DNA of 64,000 nt from Eledone cirrhosa (GCA_964016885.1 OZ024745.1:1736001-1800000); one strand, 5' to 3'. Counted from the stretch's first letter, positions 52,547-64,000 are shown. Notes: generated from the letters alone by a model not told the origin. Numbers and translations are program-made.

Positions 52547-53379
52547 TGTGTGGGAACAGAGTTCAAAGGGTGTGTAGGGGAGTGGTGGAGAGACATATAG
52601 CGAAAGGAAACGGTGCGAATGAAAAATTAACAAATAAAGACAAAAAATATAATAAATAAAAATAAAGCATGATCAAAATACAAGGAATGAGAAAATTTAA
52701 AAATAAAGGCATGATCAAAATAAACTGAAATTAAAAGGGGGGTAAACAGGTGGTGGAAGGGTGTAGGGTGAGTAGAGGTGGTGGCGGGTGGAGTGGGGAG
52801 AGGGAGACGGGGTGTCCGAGCGGGGAGGGCTGAAGGTGGTGTGTGGTTAGGTGTGCGTGTGTGTGTGTGTATGTGAAAGTGAGGGTTGGGGGAAGAACGG
52901 GGTTGCATGTTCAGGAAGGTGTGTGTGGGGGGGTGTTTTTGTGGGTCGGAGTGTCTGTGCGTGTGTGGATAGGGGGGTGGGGGGAGAGGAATCAGGAGGC
53001 TGAGGGTGTAAATATGTGGTGGGAAGCACGTGTGTGTGGTTTAAGCGTGTTGTGGGTGTGGGTGGCGTGTGGATAAAAACATTTTTTGTTGGGGTGTGTG
53101 TGTGGGTGAGTTATATAGGTGATGGTGTAAGAGGATGGTTGAAAAGTTGGTAAGTTCCACGGATGTTTGGAGATTTTTGTTAGAAGTCAATTTCGCGTGT
53201 GGGTAATCCAAGAAGCGGTGGTCGGAAGAGGAGAGATGTGGGGTGCGCGCGCAACAGGAAGTGGTCAGCAGTGGGAGTGCTGTGGTCAGTTGGTGCTGAG
53301 AGGTGGTCGGAAGGGCATAGCAGCAGTCGGCGGAATGGTAGGGAGGCGAGGATGGGTAGGTGTGAGAGTGGGAGTGAGG

Positions 53380-53410
<31 letters not shown>

Positions 53411-53879
53411 ATTAGTAGGGGTGTTAGTTGGATGAGTGAGTGTGGAGCGGGGAGAGAAGGGTGTGTGTGGTTCTATGGAGGGAGTGTGGTGTACTGGTGT
53501 GTGTGTAGTTTGGTGAAGAGGTGTTAGTGGGTGTTAGTATACGGGAGGTGGGGAGGGGTGGAAGGCAGATGTGAGTGGGGGTTAGTAGGGGTAGGGTGTG
53601 TAGAGTTGGTGGTGTACGAGGGTGTGTGGGTACGTGTGCGTGGGGTTGGAGGGTGTTAGTGATGTTAGTTGCGTGTGGGGTGGGTGGTGTAAGTGGGTGC
53701 GTGTGATAAGGAGGGGGGAGGAGGAGAAGAGGGGAGGGAAGGGATGTTAGTATGTTAGTTGGGGAAGGGTGGTCAGATGAGGGGTGGAGTGGAGGTGTTA
53801 GTATTATTAGTGTGGGGTGGGCGGTGAAAAGGAGGGGTGTGTTAGTGGTGTTAGTGGGGGATAAGTGTGGGGGAGGGGG

Positions 53880-56530
53880 GCGGTCGAACGCTAAAGGAAT
53901 AAGGGTGGGGAGTTCAGGCCGGGGTAGTGTGGGTCTGTAAGATGAAGATAGTGCGTTGTTCGACCGTTAGGCGATGGGCGGGTGTTCCGTGGCACTGGAG
54001 TAGGCCACAGACTGTGAGATGGCGTGCGGAGTGTCCAGGGCCACCAAAGTGGCGGGCGATGGGGGAACTACCCCCGAGACGAATATCCGGAGGTGCTCCG
54101 TGACTCGGTCCGCCAGGCGACGTCCCGTCTGTCCGACATAAGTCGCGCTGCACTCCGTGCAACGAAGTCCGTAGACTAGGTTGGAGGAGGTGCAGCGGAA
54201 GGCATGCCGGACCGAGAGAGAGTGGCCGTTGGGACCCTGGAAGGTGGTGGTGTTGGTGATGTGGGGACAGGTGTTGCAGCGGGGCCTAGAATAGGGGAAG
54301 GAACCGGGGAGGGGGGGAAACGGAGCGTGGGTTGGGGGGTAGGGAGCTGTGGACGAGGAGGGTGCGGAGATTGCGTGCGCGTTTGAAGGAGGGGAGGGGT
54401 GGGGTTGGGAAGATGTGGGAGGTGGAGGGGTCGGACTGGAGGCGTCGGAAGAGGCGGCAAATGGTGCGGTGGAGGGGTAAGGTGGAGGGGTGGTAGGTGA
54501 TGGGGAAGGGGAGACGGTGGGTGGGTGTGCGGTGGCGTGGGGTGAGGGTGGTGGAGCGGGGGATAGCACGGGCGCGGGTGAGAGCGGTGTAGACGAGAGA
54601 GGGGGGGGGGGTAACCTCTGCGGATGAAATGGCTGACTAGGGAAAGGGCCTGGGACTCGAAGTCAGCATCTCGGCTACAGAGGCGGCGGATCCTGAGAAG
54701 TTGGGAGTAGGGAATGGAGAGTTTAGTGTGGGTGGGGTGGGAAGAGGTGAAGTCGAGGTAAGAGTGGGAGTCGGTGGGTTTGAAGAAGGCGGAGGTGACG
54801 AGGGAGTGGTGGGAGGGGTCGAAGGCGACGGAGATGTCCAAGAAGTGGACGTGGGTGGTGGAGATAGAGGTGGTGAAGTGGAGGGAGGGGTGGAAGGAGC
54901 AGAAGAAGGAGAGAAAGGAGTCGAGCTGTACTCGGGTGAGGGTCGTGGCTCCGATACAGTCGTCAATGTAACGACCGTACAGTTCGGGCGTGGGGCCGGT
55001 GTACTGGGCAAAGATTTGGGCCTCAACATGGCCAACAAAAAGGTTGGCATAGTTCGGGCCCATTCTTGTGCCCATGGCTACCCCCGTGACCTGTTGGTAA
55101 AACTCACCCGAGAAGGAGAAACAATTTAGGGTGAGGACCAGCTCGGCGAGGCGAAGGAGGGTGGGGGTGGAGGGAATGGGGGAGGGGCGAAGGTCGAGGT
55201 AGTGTTTGAGGGCGCGAAAGCCGTCGGCGTGGGGGATGACGGTATAGAGGGACTTGATGTCTAGGGTGAAGAGGAATGGCTGAGGGCCGGGTAGGTAGGT
55301 GAAGGAGTCGAAAAGGCGCAGGGCGTGGTTGGTGTCGGAGATGTGGGAGGGGAGGGTGGTGATAAGGGGGGCGAGGAGGGAGTCGAGAAAGGCGGAGATG
55401 AGTTCGGTGGGGCAGTTGCAAGCAGAGACGATGGGGCGGCCGGGGTTGTCGGGTTTGTGGAGTTTGGGGAGGAAGTAGATGGTGGGGGTGCGGGGGGTGC
55501 GGACGATGAGGTGGGAAGCGGTGGGGGGAGGAGGGAGGAGGCGATAAGGTCTTTGATGGTGGAGGAGACTTGTTGTTGGTAGAGGGGGGTGGGATCGGAG
55601 GGTAGAGGGCGGTAAAAGAGGGGGTTACAGAGCTGCCTGAGGGCTTCGGCCGTGTAGAGGTCCGCGCACCATACCACCACGGCGCCTCCCTTGTCCGCCG
55701 GTTTGATGACGATGTCATCTCGGCTACGGAGGGAGCGGAGAGCGAGGAGTTCGCCCCGTGAGATATTGTACCGTTTGGAACGGTGGCGGAAGTCGAAACG
55801 ATTTACTGCGCTACGGCTGGCATCGACGAAGGCGTCCAGGGTGCTAAATTGCCCTGGGGCCGGCGTCCAAGAAGATGGTCGTCGGCCCAGGGCGAGAAAC
55901 GGGTCTGGGGCGTCCGGAGCCGGTGGTGTTCGGCTGAAATGTGCCTGTAGCTTAGTGCGTCGCACGAATCGCTCGACTTCCGTTCGGGTGCGGAACTCGT
56001 CGCTGAGCGGAGTGTGGGGTATGAAGCGAAGGCCTCTACTAAGGAGTGAGCGCTCAGGTGCGGAGAGGGGGAGGTCAGGGGGTATGGTGACAACAAGGGG
56101 TGGGGTTTGGGTGTTTGGGGAGGGAAGGGAGGGTGTGGTGAAGGGTGAGGTGGAGGGTGGAGATTGGGTAAGGGTGTGGGTCGGGGGAGAGGTGGAGAGT
56201 GGTGGGCGTATGGGGATGGGCGGGTGGTGGTGAATGGGGGGGGGGGGGGGGGGGTGAGTGTAGCTTGCGGGCTTTGGTGGAGCTGAGGAACGAGAAGAGG
56301 TTGTGGTTGAGGTTGTGGATGAAGGAGAGGATGGCTTGGGCGAGGAGGGGGTGGCAGGTGGAGTAAAGGCGGAGGAGGGTGGGGGTCAGTTGGTGGTCAA
56401 GTAGGCGGAGGGTGGAACGGGAGGCACGGATGGAGTTGCGCATCAGAAGGCGTGTTGATCGGGTGAGGATACATTGCGTGGAGGGGGAAGCAGCGGGGGA
56501 GGGGTGGAAGTGTAGACGGAAGCCGAGGGG
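53880..56530 (-). pseudogene. PLE B RT / GIY-YIG polyprotein split over several frames
   Basis: ORF pieces 56075-56566, 55261-55965, 54176-55075 and 53967-54569 carry consecutive motifs. Confidence 0.85.
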
Positions 56531-56674
56531 ATATATATATATATATATGCATACCAACTCTAACACATATATATCCTAGAAACGATCGTAAAATGATGAA
56601 TTTTTTTTAATATAAGGAACTGTTTCTTTGTTTATTCATTATTTTATTAATTTATATATATATATATATATATA

Positions 56675-56778
56675 GGAAAAAGTATGACCCCGACGGCAGA
56701 GATCAAGCCGTTTCGACGGCTATTTCCAGAAATAGCCGTCGAAACGGCTTGAGCTCTGCCGTCGGGGTCATACTTTCT

Positions 56779-56780
<2 letters not shown>
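56675..56780. repeat. Near-perfect fold-back element built from an HHR 3' half
   Basis: GACGGCTATTTC-CA-GAAATAGCCGTC-GAA-ACGGC-TTGAGCTCT-GCCGT-C-GGGGTCATAC, mirrored on the left arm; (TA)n on both sides. Confidence 0.85.
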
Positions 56781-56863
<83 letters not shown>

Positions 56864-56867
<4 letters not shown>

Positions 56868-56985
56868 CCTTGAGCCAGACACTTTATTTCACATTGTTCC
56901 TTCTACCTGGAGTTGCGACCGATAGATAGTATTAGTAATTGGAAAGACCAACGGAAACATTGTTTCCTCGGTCCGATTTGACGAC
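56864..56985 (+). mobile_element. SINE body fragment homologous to 304-425
   Basis: Shares TTCTACCTGGAGTTGCGACCGATAGATAGTATTAG and CCTCGGTCCGATTTGACG. Confidence 0.75.
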
Positions 56986-56994
56986 AGTCGATCG

Positions 56995-57075
<81 letters not shown>

Positions 57076-57519
57076 TGAGTGTGCGTTTGCGTATGCGTGC
57101 ATGTGTATGTATGTATGAAAGCGGCCTTAATGGTGATGAAGATATGAGCGAGTATGAAGAATTGTAAGCTTGTTTAATTGTAAGATAGTATTGAATGTGA
57201 TTCAATATGTGGGGGAGGGCGAAGGATTAGCAGTTTAGTGGAAGTGTTGAAGATAATTTGGCTCAATTGGGTTGTACCTCCAAAATACGAGCTGAGCACA
57301 ATTGGGTTGTACCTCCAAAATACGAGCTGCGCAGGTTTTAAGTCCTCAGTGAAACCTCATTCATACCTGTTTAATTTTGATATGTACGAAAAGCGAACAG
57401 AAAGGGTCCCGAAATAAATAAAAAGAATTAATTGTGTAAAATAGAGTCACTTATCGGTGAATCTGAGATTTGAAACAATGTTCAAATGTTGGGACGACTT
57501 GAGTAAAGAGAAGAATGAG

Positions 57520-57872
57520 TAACGTAGTGAAGTAGAGGGGGGGGGGAGTAATTTAGTGAAGTAGAGGGGGGAGTAATGTAGTGAAGTAGAGGGGGAGTAA
57601 TGTAGTGAAGTAGAGGGGGGAGTAATGTAGTGAAGTAGAGGGGGGAGTAATGTAGTGATGTAGAGGGGAGTAATGTAGTGAAGTAGAGGGGGGAGTAATG
57701 TAATGAAGTAGAGGGGGGAGTAATGTAATGAAGTAGAGGGGGGAGTAATGTAGTGGAGTAGAGGGGGGAGTAATGTAGTGAAGTAGAGGGGGGAGTAATG
57801 TAGTGGAGTAGAGGGGGGAGTAATGTAGTGAAGTAGAAGGGGGGGAGTAATGTAGTGAAGTAGGGGGGTAAT
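57520..57872 (+). repeat. About 25-bp purine-rich minisatellite (GAAGTAGAGGGGGGAGTAATGTAGT)
   Basis: Direct reading; variable G-run length. Confidence 0.92.
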
Positions 57873-58066
57873 ATAATGGAGTAGAGGCTGTTTGCAAAGT
57901 TTGTAGACTCCATGACGTCTGTGACGAGATATTTGATGAGAACTGTGGACAGTGTAAACTGTGTCCCGAAAAGACGGAAAAGTGACAGACTAAAGACGTG
58001 AGTGTAAAGCATGCGAGAGAGTAAGAGATATATAGATCCCTGCCATCTGTCACTCAAAGGTGATCA

Positions 58067-58951
58067 GACAATGGTCGCTAGATGACCATCGTTGTAGTTG
58101 GGCGAGATTTAAGACAATGGTCGCTAGATGACCATCGTTGTAGTTGGGCGAGATTTAAGACAATGGTCGCTAGATGACCATCGTTGTAGTTGGGCGAGAT
58201 TTAAGACAGTGGTCGCTAGATGACCATCGTTGCAGTTGGGCGAGATTTAAGACAATGGTCGCTAGATGACCATCGTTGTAGTTGGGCGAGATTTAAGACA
58301 ATGGTCGCTAGATGACCATCGTTGTAGTTGGGCGAGATTTAAGACAATGGTCGCTAGATGACCATCGTTGTAGTTGGGCGAGATTTAAGACAGTGGTCGC
58401 TAGATGACCATCGTTGCAGTTGGGCGAGATTTAAGACAATGGTCGCTAGATGACCATCGTTGTAGTTGGGCGAGATTTAAGACAATGGTCGCTAGATGAC
58501 CATCGTTGTAGTTGGGCGAGATTTAAGACAATGGTCGCTAGATGACCATCGTTGTAGTTGGGCGAGATTTAAGACAATGGTCGCTAGATGACCATCGTTG
58601 TAGTTGGGCGAGATTTAAGACAATGGTCGCTAGATGACCATCGTTGTAGTTGGGCGAGATTTAAGACAATGGTCGCTAGATGACCATCGTTGTAGTTGGG
58701 CGAGATTTAAGACAATGGTCGCTAGATGACCATCGTTGTAGTTGGGCGAGATTTAAGACAGTGGTCGCTAGATGACCATCGTTGCAGTTGGGCGAGATTT
58801 AAGACAATGGTCGCTAGATGACCATCGTTGTAGTTGGGCGAGATTTAAGACAATGGTCGCTAGATGACCATCGTTGTAGTTGGGCGAGATTTAAGACAAT
58901 GGTCGCTAGATGACCATCGTTGTAGTTGGGTGAGATTTAAGACAATGGTCC
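58067..58951 (+). repeat. 46-bp highly homogeneous minisatellite (AGACAATGGTCGCTAGATGACCATCGTTGTAGTTGGGCGAGATTTA), about 19 copies
   Basis: Period 46, no unique spacers. Confidence 0.96.
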
Positions 58952-59007
58952 CTGACTTATATGGTGAGAAGTTTTATAGGAGCTGATTACTTTATAAAAG
59001 ATGATTA

Positions 59008-59200
59008 TAATTGTTTCTACTTTTGGCACAAGGCCAGTAATTACTCAGTGTATTACTGGTACTTTATTTTATCGACCCTTTAAGGATGAAAGGCAAAGTT
59101 AACCTCGACGGGATTTGAACTCAGATCATAAAGGGCCGTAACTCTATGCGTCAAAGCATGGTGTCCGACCCTCTACTGATACTGCCAATCCACTGCCCTA
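59008..59200 (-). mobile_element. tRNA-derived SINE
   Basis: Reverse complement of the 46818-47038 family. Confidence 0.85.
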
Positions 59201-59961
59201 CAAAAGTAGATAATAATGCTTGAAAAATTGAGACATTTCTAGGTTCATGTTTAAAATACAAACACATTAGAAATATTTGAAAAGTATTTGTAAAACGTTG
59301 TTTAAATTCTTGGTTCATTTCTTAGAGTTTTTTGTATTCGTCAGTAGGAAATACAGGTAAATATGTTCACCTATATTTGTATCTTGTGTCATCTAAAATG
59401 GCAGCTGTATTTCAACGTCTCTCTCGCCGAGTTAAATGCGTGTGAACGATGTTTCTAGAAACTCCCATTCGTGACCACCGTCATGCAAAATGAGGGACGG
59501 AATGGTTTTTTTTTTTGGGGGGGGGGGGGAGTATACATTTTGATGCAATGTAAACTAATTTTCCATTGGCTGTTCTATAGGTTTGACAAGGACGTTAATT
59601 TAATTATGAAAATAATTTGATTCTGAAGATAATTTGATTATCGCCTCTCTTTACAACATACTTTCACAAAAATAGATACGGCAAAGAAAATAGGACGTTT
59701 TGTGAGAATACAATAAAGATCTGCATCTGGCCTCTTACTTTGGTAAAGAAAAGCCATTGAAAAATGGGTGTACATTACATAGAGAAGTGAAGGCTCTGAT
59801 CTTCCTTGACGATTGTAATGAGTGTACGTTCTTTGAAATTCAACACAGAGACACGTGCTTATGCCATAGTTGGTATTACAGCTCACACAAGCATACATAT
59901 TTGGCTGGCTGAGGTGAACATATATTTCCCGTATTTCTAACAACGTTGTCTCACTCTCTCA

Positions 59962-60048
<87 letters not shown>

Positions 60049-60399
60049 CAATAACAGGAGGCTGGACTTGTGTAAATCCTTGAAAGGTTTATTATACTAT
60101 GATCATTTCAATGACCGGGTTCCGTATGAATCCGGTGATATCATCAGGTATTCGAAATATAATAAATGAATGTAACAGATAAAATCCATGGGGCTGAAAA
60201 TAATAGACCCGAGGACGACCGACCATCTAGCATCTCCCACTTTAGCCGGTCGCCCTCAAGTGCTGACCATTCGGTCTACTCAAGGCTATCTGGTGAGGGG
60301 GCGAAAGCTTATAGTGTGCTACTAACCTCCCAGTCAAAGAGAAAAAAAAGACAGAATATAATAATTAACCCCGTACTCGCACCACCAACTACACAAACG

Positions 60400-60625
60400 A
60401 AGACGGTTGAGCTGCTTTTAAACGTTCACAAGCGAGAAACAGACTGTCTGTCGATCACTCTCAGCTGCTATTTGCCGAGATTAAGTAAGTGACATGGTCA
60501 CTACTTTAAAACTGATAGCGTATGGTCTTCTAAATGTTTTAAATTAAACATACGGTATATTGCCAAATATACTATATATACATTCATGTATACATCGCTA
60601 TTTCAGAGCATCAATACTAATACCA
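60400..60625 (+). mobile_element. Diverged relative of the 31571-32017 HHR element
   Basis: GAAACAG-ACTGT-CTGTC at 60436-60452, then after 30 nt the shared AAGTAAGTGACAT...ATCGCTATTTCAGAGCA tail. Confidence 0.65.
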
Positions 60626-60704
60626 TATATATACATACATATTTATACAGTATATATATTATAATAATAATAAAGTATATCGAATTTTTGCATGTGTATG
60701 CCCG

Positions 60705-60868
60705 TCCATGTCTGTGTTTGTGTCTAAGTTATATCCCATAACTTAGCAATTCGTCAAAGACGGAATCAATGAAATAAGTATCTGCGGTTGATATGATCGA
60801 GAAAATCAATGTGACACGCCAAGATGGCCACCGTTTAATGACTAAAACCAGTAAAAGAATAAAAAATA
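60705..60868 (+). mobile_element. Degraded SINE 3' portion (different family)
   Basis: CCCATAACTTAGCAATTCG and an ATGACTAAAACCAGTAAAAGAATAAAA tail resemble octopus SINE tails, from recall only. Confidence 0.4.
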
Positions 60869-61321
60869 TGCATATACACATGTATGTATAAAATAAAATA
60901 TATCTAATAATAAATATGAAACGACGGTACGTATATTAAATGCATGTATTTATCCCTGGGCATAGAAGTTCGTTTCTGGCAGTTACTCAGAGGAAAATTA
61001 CATAATCACGAAATACCTTAATCAGCAAACGATCAAAAAGAAACTCCAGATGAGTTTATATAACAAAGATTATCTTAAACTGTTAATATGTGAATTTTAA
61101 ATAGCTTCCCTTACATTCTAAATTGCTGGAACATTCTAAAACGCAGTTAGGGGCTACCAAAATATTAATGAATCACTTTCATTTATACCCTTTTGAATAT
61201 GTTTACATACTTTAATTTATGTGTTTGTACATTTGAATTTACGAATATATTTGCATATATAATTTGAAATTTTCAGAAATTGAAAAATATATGTTTGTGC
61301 CTGACAAAGCAATTCGATTTG

Positions 61322-61360
<39 letters not shown>

Positions 61361-61575
61361 CTGGGATGGACACACGCGTATAACTTGCTGAGTAAGTTCT
61401 GTTTAAATTTCTATAGAAATTCTTGTCTGATAACTTTAATTTTTGTACCATTTTGTAGAGGGACTGCCAGGTCAAACTTTGATCTGGTCAGTCTCTCAAA
61501 ATATTCTACGCCTTTAGGCGAAATAGTTAAACAAAAAAAAAGTTTTTTCTTGTTGAAAAGTCAATATTTTTTTAA

Positions 61576-63354
61576 ATGGCCGAAGCTTCTTCACCAAAAT
61601 TCGAAGGAGGAAAGGGGAAGATGAACTTACAGCTTCCCCCTGCCACTGTCACAGTAGCAGAGGTCAAGAAGAAAGGTCAGCCAGAGGAAGAATTCTCTCC
61701 ACCTGTTAACCGACAACTTGACGTTGCCATGGTAACAACTCAAAGAACCAGCGGCAACAGCAACAACAACAATGCGACGGACGAAAACAACACCAATAAC
61801 AATAACAACAACAAGACCAATAACGGTGACAACAACAACAATGATAACAACAACACCACCAACGACAACAACAACACAAACAAACAAAATTTCTCCTTCG
61901 CCGAGACGACAAGGAAAACCCTCGACTATCTGCCAGTAGATATAACAAAAGCGAAGGAGCTACTGGCGGATGCGAAAAAATATATAGTGTACGGGGAAAA
62001 TGGTTCATTCACAATCCATTCCCCCCCGGAACTAAAAAGCCAGAGACTCCTAAACACGGTCATGTTTAGGACAATCTCGAACAAAAGTAAAAAACCAGCT
62101 CAACCATCACAGAGCGAGATAGAGCTGGTTTTAAAAGACGTCATGAAGGACATCACCTTCATTCAGAAGGATAGACTCTACGGGAGTCTATCCATTCTCA
62201 TGAAGGACAGGGACACAGCAGTGAAACTGTCCATCAAACCAATCACATCCACCGCATACACCTTCTACCCTACGTACATGGGTAGAAGAACACAAAAAAT
62301 AAAAATCCACACCATCCTGCCGATTATGGACATATGGTGGGTTTTGACAGGTTTTCTGGACCTGGAGGATGACATGCTGGTGTCCATGGGAAAGGCATCG
62401 GGTGACGCGTTCAGTGGAACGAGCCTCGAACTTGTAGTTCAAATGAGGCCCGAAAGGATCGCCCAGATCCCTGAACGCGTCATACTGGATGATCTAACCT
62501 TCATCAACATTACCGTTGAGGGTAGACGGCCCTCGTGTTACCTCTGCGGAACCAGAGGTCACCTGAGGGCTGTCTGTCCCCAACTTAATAAGAAAACCCC
62601 AATCCTGCCTACACCACCAACAGCTGCACAACCAACACAATCACCACAACTACCACTACAAAAACAACCACCACAGCTCAAACCAAAACAAAACAATGTC
62701 CAACCCATCCCCTCCACTCAAAAAACAAAAACAATTTCCAAAACACCCGTACCGCAAACACAACCTGAAAATTTACCCCTCCCCTCCAACGCGGAAGATG
62801 ACCCTAGTTCGTCGTCAGACGAGGAGGAGCACTTCCACACAATCAAAAGAAAAAAAAGAAAACACACCTCAGACACACAAATGAAAAAAAACCCTCCCCA
62901 AAACATAACACTGACACCAACACAAAAGAGCTCACAACAGCAAACAAAAAACACCACACAAAAACAAAAACATGCATACACATACATAAATACAAGAAAC
63001 AAAAAACTGTTAAACATTGTGTACAACAACAATCTAATAAAAACACAAGGGCCTAACTTCACCCAGGCAGGGGATTTCCCCCACCTCAAAATGATTAAGG
63101 CCCCACAAGACACCTATAAAACTTTAAAAAACAATTTTAAAGAGGACGTGGGTCCCCCCTGCGTCGGGCCCATTAACCGCGTCCTCCTAAAAAACTATCC
63201 CACCCCCTCCCCAAACACCCACACAACTCCAAGCTCCCCAACCACACAACACACTGATGCCCCCACACTTCCACAAACCACCACCCCACCCAACAACCCA
63301 TCCCCCACCCTAATGGAAATTGTGCAGCCCGATACCCGGGACGCAGAGAGGTAA
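61576..63354 (+). CDS. Tx1-like ORF1, 592 aa, CCHC knuckle
   Basis: CYLCGTRGHLRAVC; uninterrupted ORF homologous to 33271-35107. Confidence 0.9.
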   Translation: MAEASSPKFEGGKGKMNLQLPPATVTVAEVKKKGQPEEEFSPPVNRQLDVAMVTTQRTSGNSNNNNATDENNTNNNNNNKTNNGDNNNNDNNNTTNDNNNTNKQNFSFAETTRKTLDYLPVDITKAKELLADAKKYIVYGENGSFTIHSPPELKSQRLLNTVMFRTISNKSKKPAQPSQSEIELVLKDVMKDITFIQKDRLYGSLSILMKDRDTAVKLSIKPITSTAYTFYPTYMGRRTQKIKIHTILPIMDIWWVLTGFLDLEDDMLVSMGKASGDAFSGTSLELVVQMRPERIAQIPERVILDDLTFINITVEGRRPSCYLCGTRGHLRAVCPQLNKKTPILPTPPTAAQPTQSPQLPLQKQPPQLKPKQNNVQPIPSTQKTKTISKTPVPQTQPENLPLPSNAEDDPSSSSDEEEHFHTIKRKKRKHTSDTQMKKNPPQNITLTPTQKSSQQQTKNTTQKQKHAYTYINTRNKKLLNIVYNNNLIKTQGPNFTQAGDFPHLKMIKAPQDTYKTLKNNFKEDVGPPCVGPINRVLLKNYPTPSPNTHTTPSSPTTQHTDAPTLPQTTTPPNNPSPTLMEIVQPDTRDAER

Positions 63355-63378
63355 GTGCCTTTTCTCTTCACCACCAAC

Positions 63379-64000
63379 ATGGCTATGCTAAGAGTAGGCT
63401 GTTTAAACGCGCGTGGCCTGGGCTCAACTTGGAAGCAAGCAATGCTTCTAAATGACCTCAGGTCACAACGTATAGATGTGATGGTTATTTGCGAGGCCCG
63501 GATCAGCAACGTGCGACAGCTGGCCCCCACCTTTGATGACTTTGAGATGCACGCATCTCTCTGTCAGCCCGGAGGTGGGGGTGGAGTTGTCGTTCTGCTG
63601 CAAAAACATCTGGGTCTCGCAACACAGATGGTACATTTGGACCCGGAGGGTCGACTAGTGGTTCTGGACCTTGGCAGTGGTAAAGGCGGAGCGTTTAGGT
63701 TGGTAGCCGCCTACGGCCCTTTCGGGTCAATGCGGCCGGACTTCTTCCATCGTCTGGAGACTTTTCTAGGGACGTCCCGCTCCTTGCTATTAGTGGGGGA
63801 CTGGAATGGTATCCTAGATGCACGCTGGGACTACGTAGGGGCCTGCCCCGATAGAGAGGGGTGTAATAGCCTCAAAGGGTTAATCGGTCGATTTGACCTG
63901 GCCGATAGATATCGACTAGATTTTCCGACTGCGCCAACCTGGACTTGGGCAAATCGTAGCGGATCATCTAGGTCGTACCTAGATAGGTTCTTAGTTAGAA
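63379..64000 (+). CDS. Tx1-like ORF2 N-terminus (APE endonuclease), partial
   Basis: ATG GCT ATG CTA AGA GTA GGC TGT TTA AAC = MAMLRVGCLNARGL; later GDWNGILD and SRSYLDRF; open to the window end. Confidence 0.9.
   Translation, partial: MAMLRVGCLNARGLGSTWKQAMLLNDLRSQRIDVMVICEARISNVRQLAPTFDDFEMHASLCQPGGGGGVVVLLQKHLGLATQMVHLDPEGRLVVLDLGSGKGGAFRLVAAYGPFGSMRPDFFHRLETFLGTSRSLLLVGDWNGILDARWDYVGACPDREGCNSLKGLIGRFDLADRYRLDFPTAPTWTWANRSGSSRSYLDRFLVR

Larger units (their letters stand above)
52421..56530 (-). mobile_element. Penelope-like retroelement B (GC-rich, Neptune-like linker), 5'-truncated, frameshifted
   Basis: PLGFRLHF, IVIKPADKGGAVVVW, PKLHK..GRPIVS, LDIKSLY, MGTRMGPNYANLF, RYIDD, FLDI, RCNTCPH, LVYGLRC..YVGQTGRRLADR. 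HHR motif and AATAAA near the 3' end; (TA)n on both sides. Confidence 0.9.
61361..64000 (+). mobile_element. Second Tx1-like LINE with intact 5' end, runs off the window
   Basis: Starts right after (TCTA)n at 61322-61360; ORF1 and ORF2 start are homologous to 33069-38779. Confidence 0.92.

Noticed and set aside
57264-57330. Two-copy direct repeat of about 31 bp (a similar 21-bp doublet is at 31107-31152)
   Set aside because: Ordinary local tandem duplications.
58067-58951. CRISPR-like appearance of the palindromic 46-bp repeat (also the 28-, 29-, 37- and 44-bp arrays)
   Set aside because: No unique spacers, no cas genes, eukaryotic context.

Overview
Repeat-saturated eukaryotic DNA with no recognisable host protein-coding gene. 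The tRNA-derived SINEs and the microsatellite load resemble an octopod (coleoid cephalopod) genome; this is inference from recalled SINE sequences, not a search result. Most ORFs in the supplied track are artefacts of simple repeats. Real content: (1) four L1/Tx1-clade LINE insertions, all bordering (TCTA)n, one near-intact and full length; (2) two Penelope-like elements (PLE; RT + GIY-YIG) plus an inverted partial copy, all bordering (TA)n; (3) an R4/Dong-like RLE fragment in (CATA)n; (4) a Tc1/mariner remnant and many SINEs; (5) six minisatellite or satellite arrays, one being the amplified A-box of a SINE. The most unusual signal is a set of hammerhead ribozyme (HHR) elements. One is a canonical type I HHR inside a ~320-nt unit that shows a tail-to-head junction (retrozyme-like) and has a second relative in the window. 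Three small (TA)n-embedded fold-back elements consist of the 3' half of an HHR mirrored around helix II. A ~350-bp palindrome carries two back-to-back HHRs.
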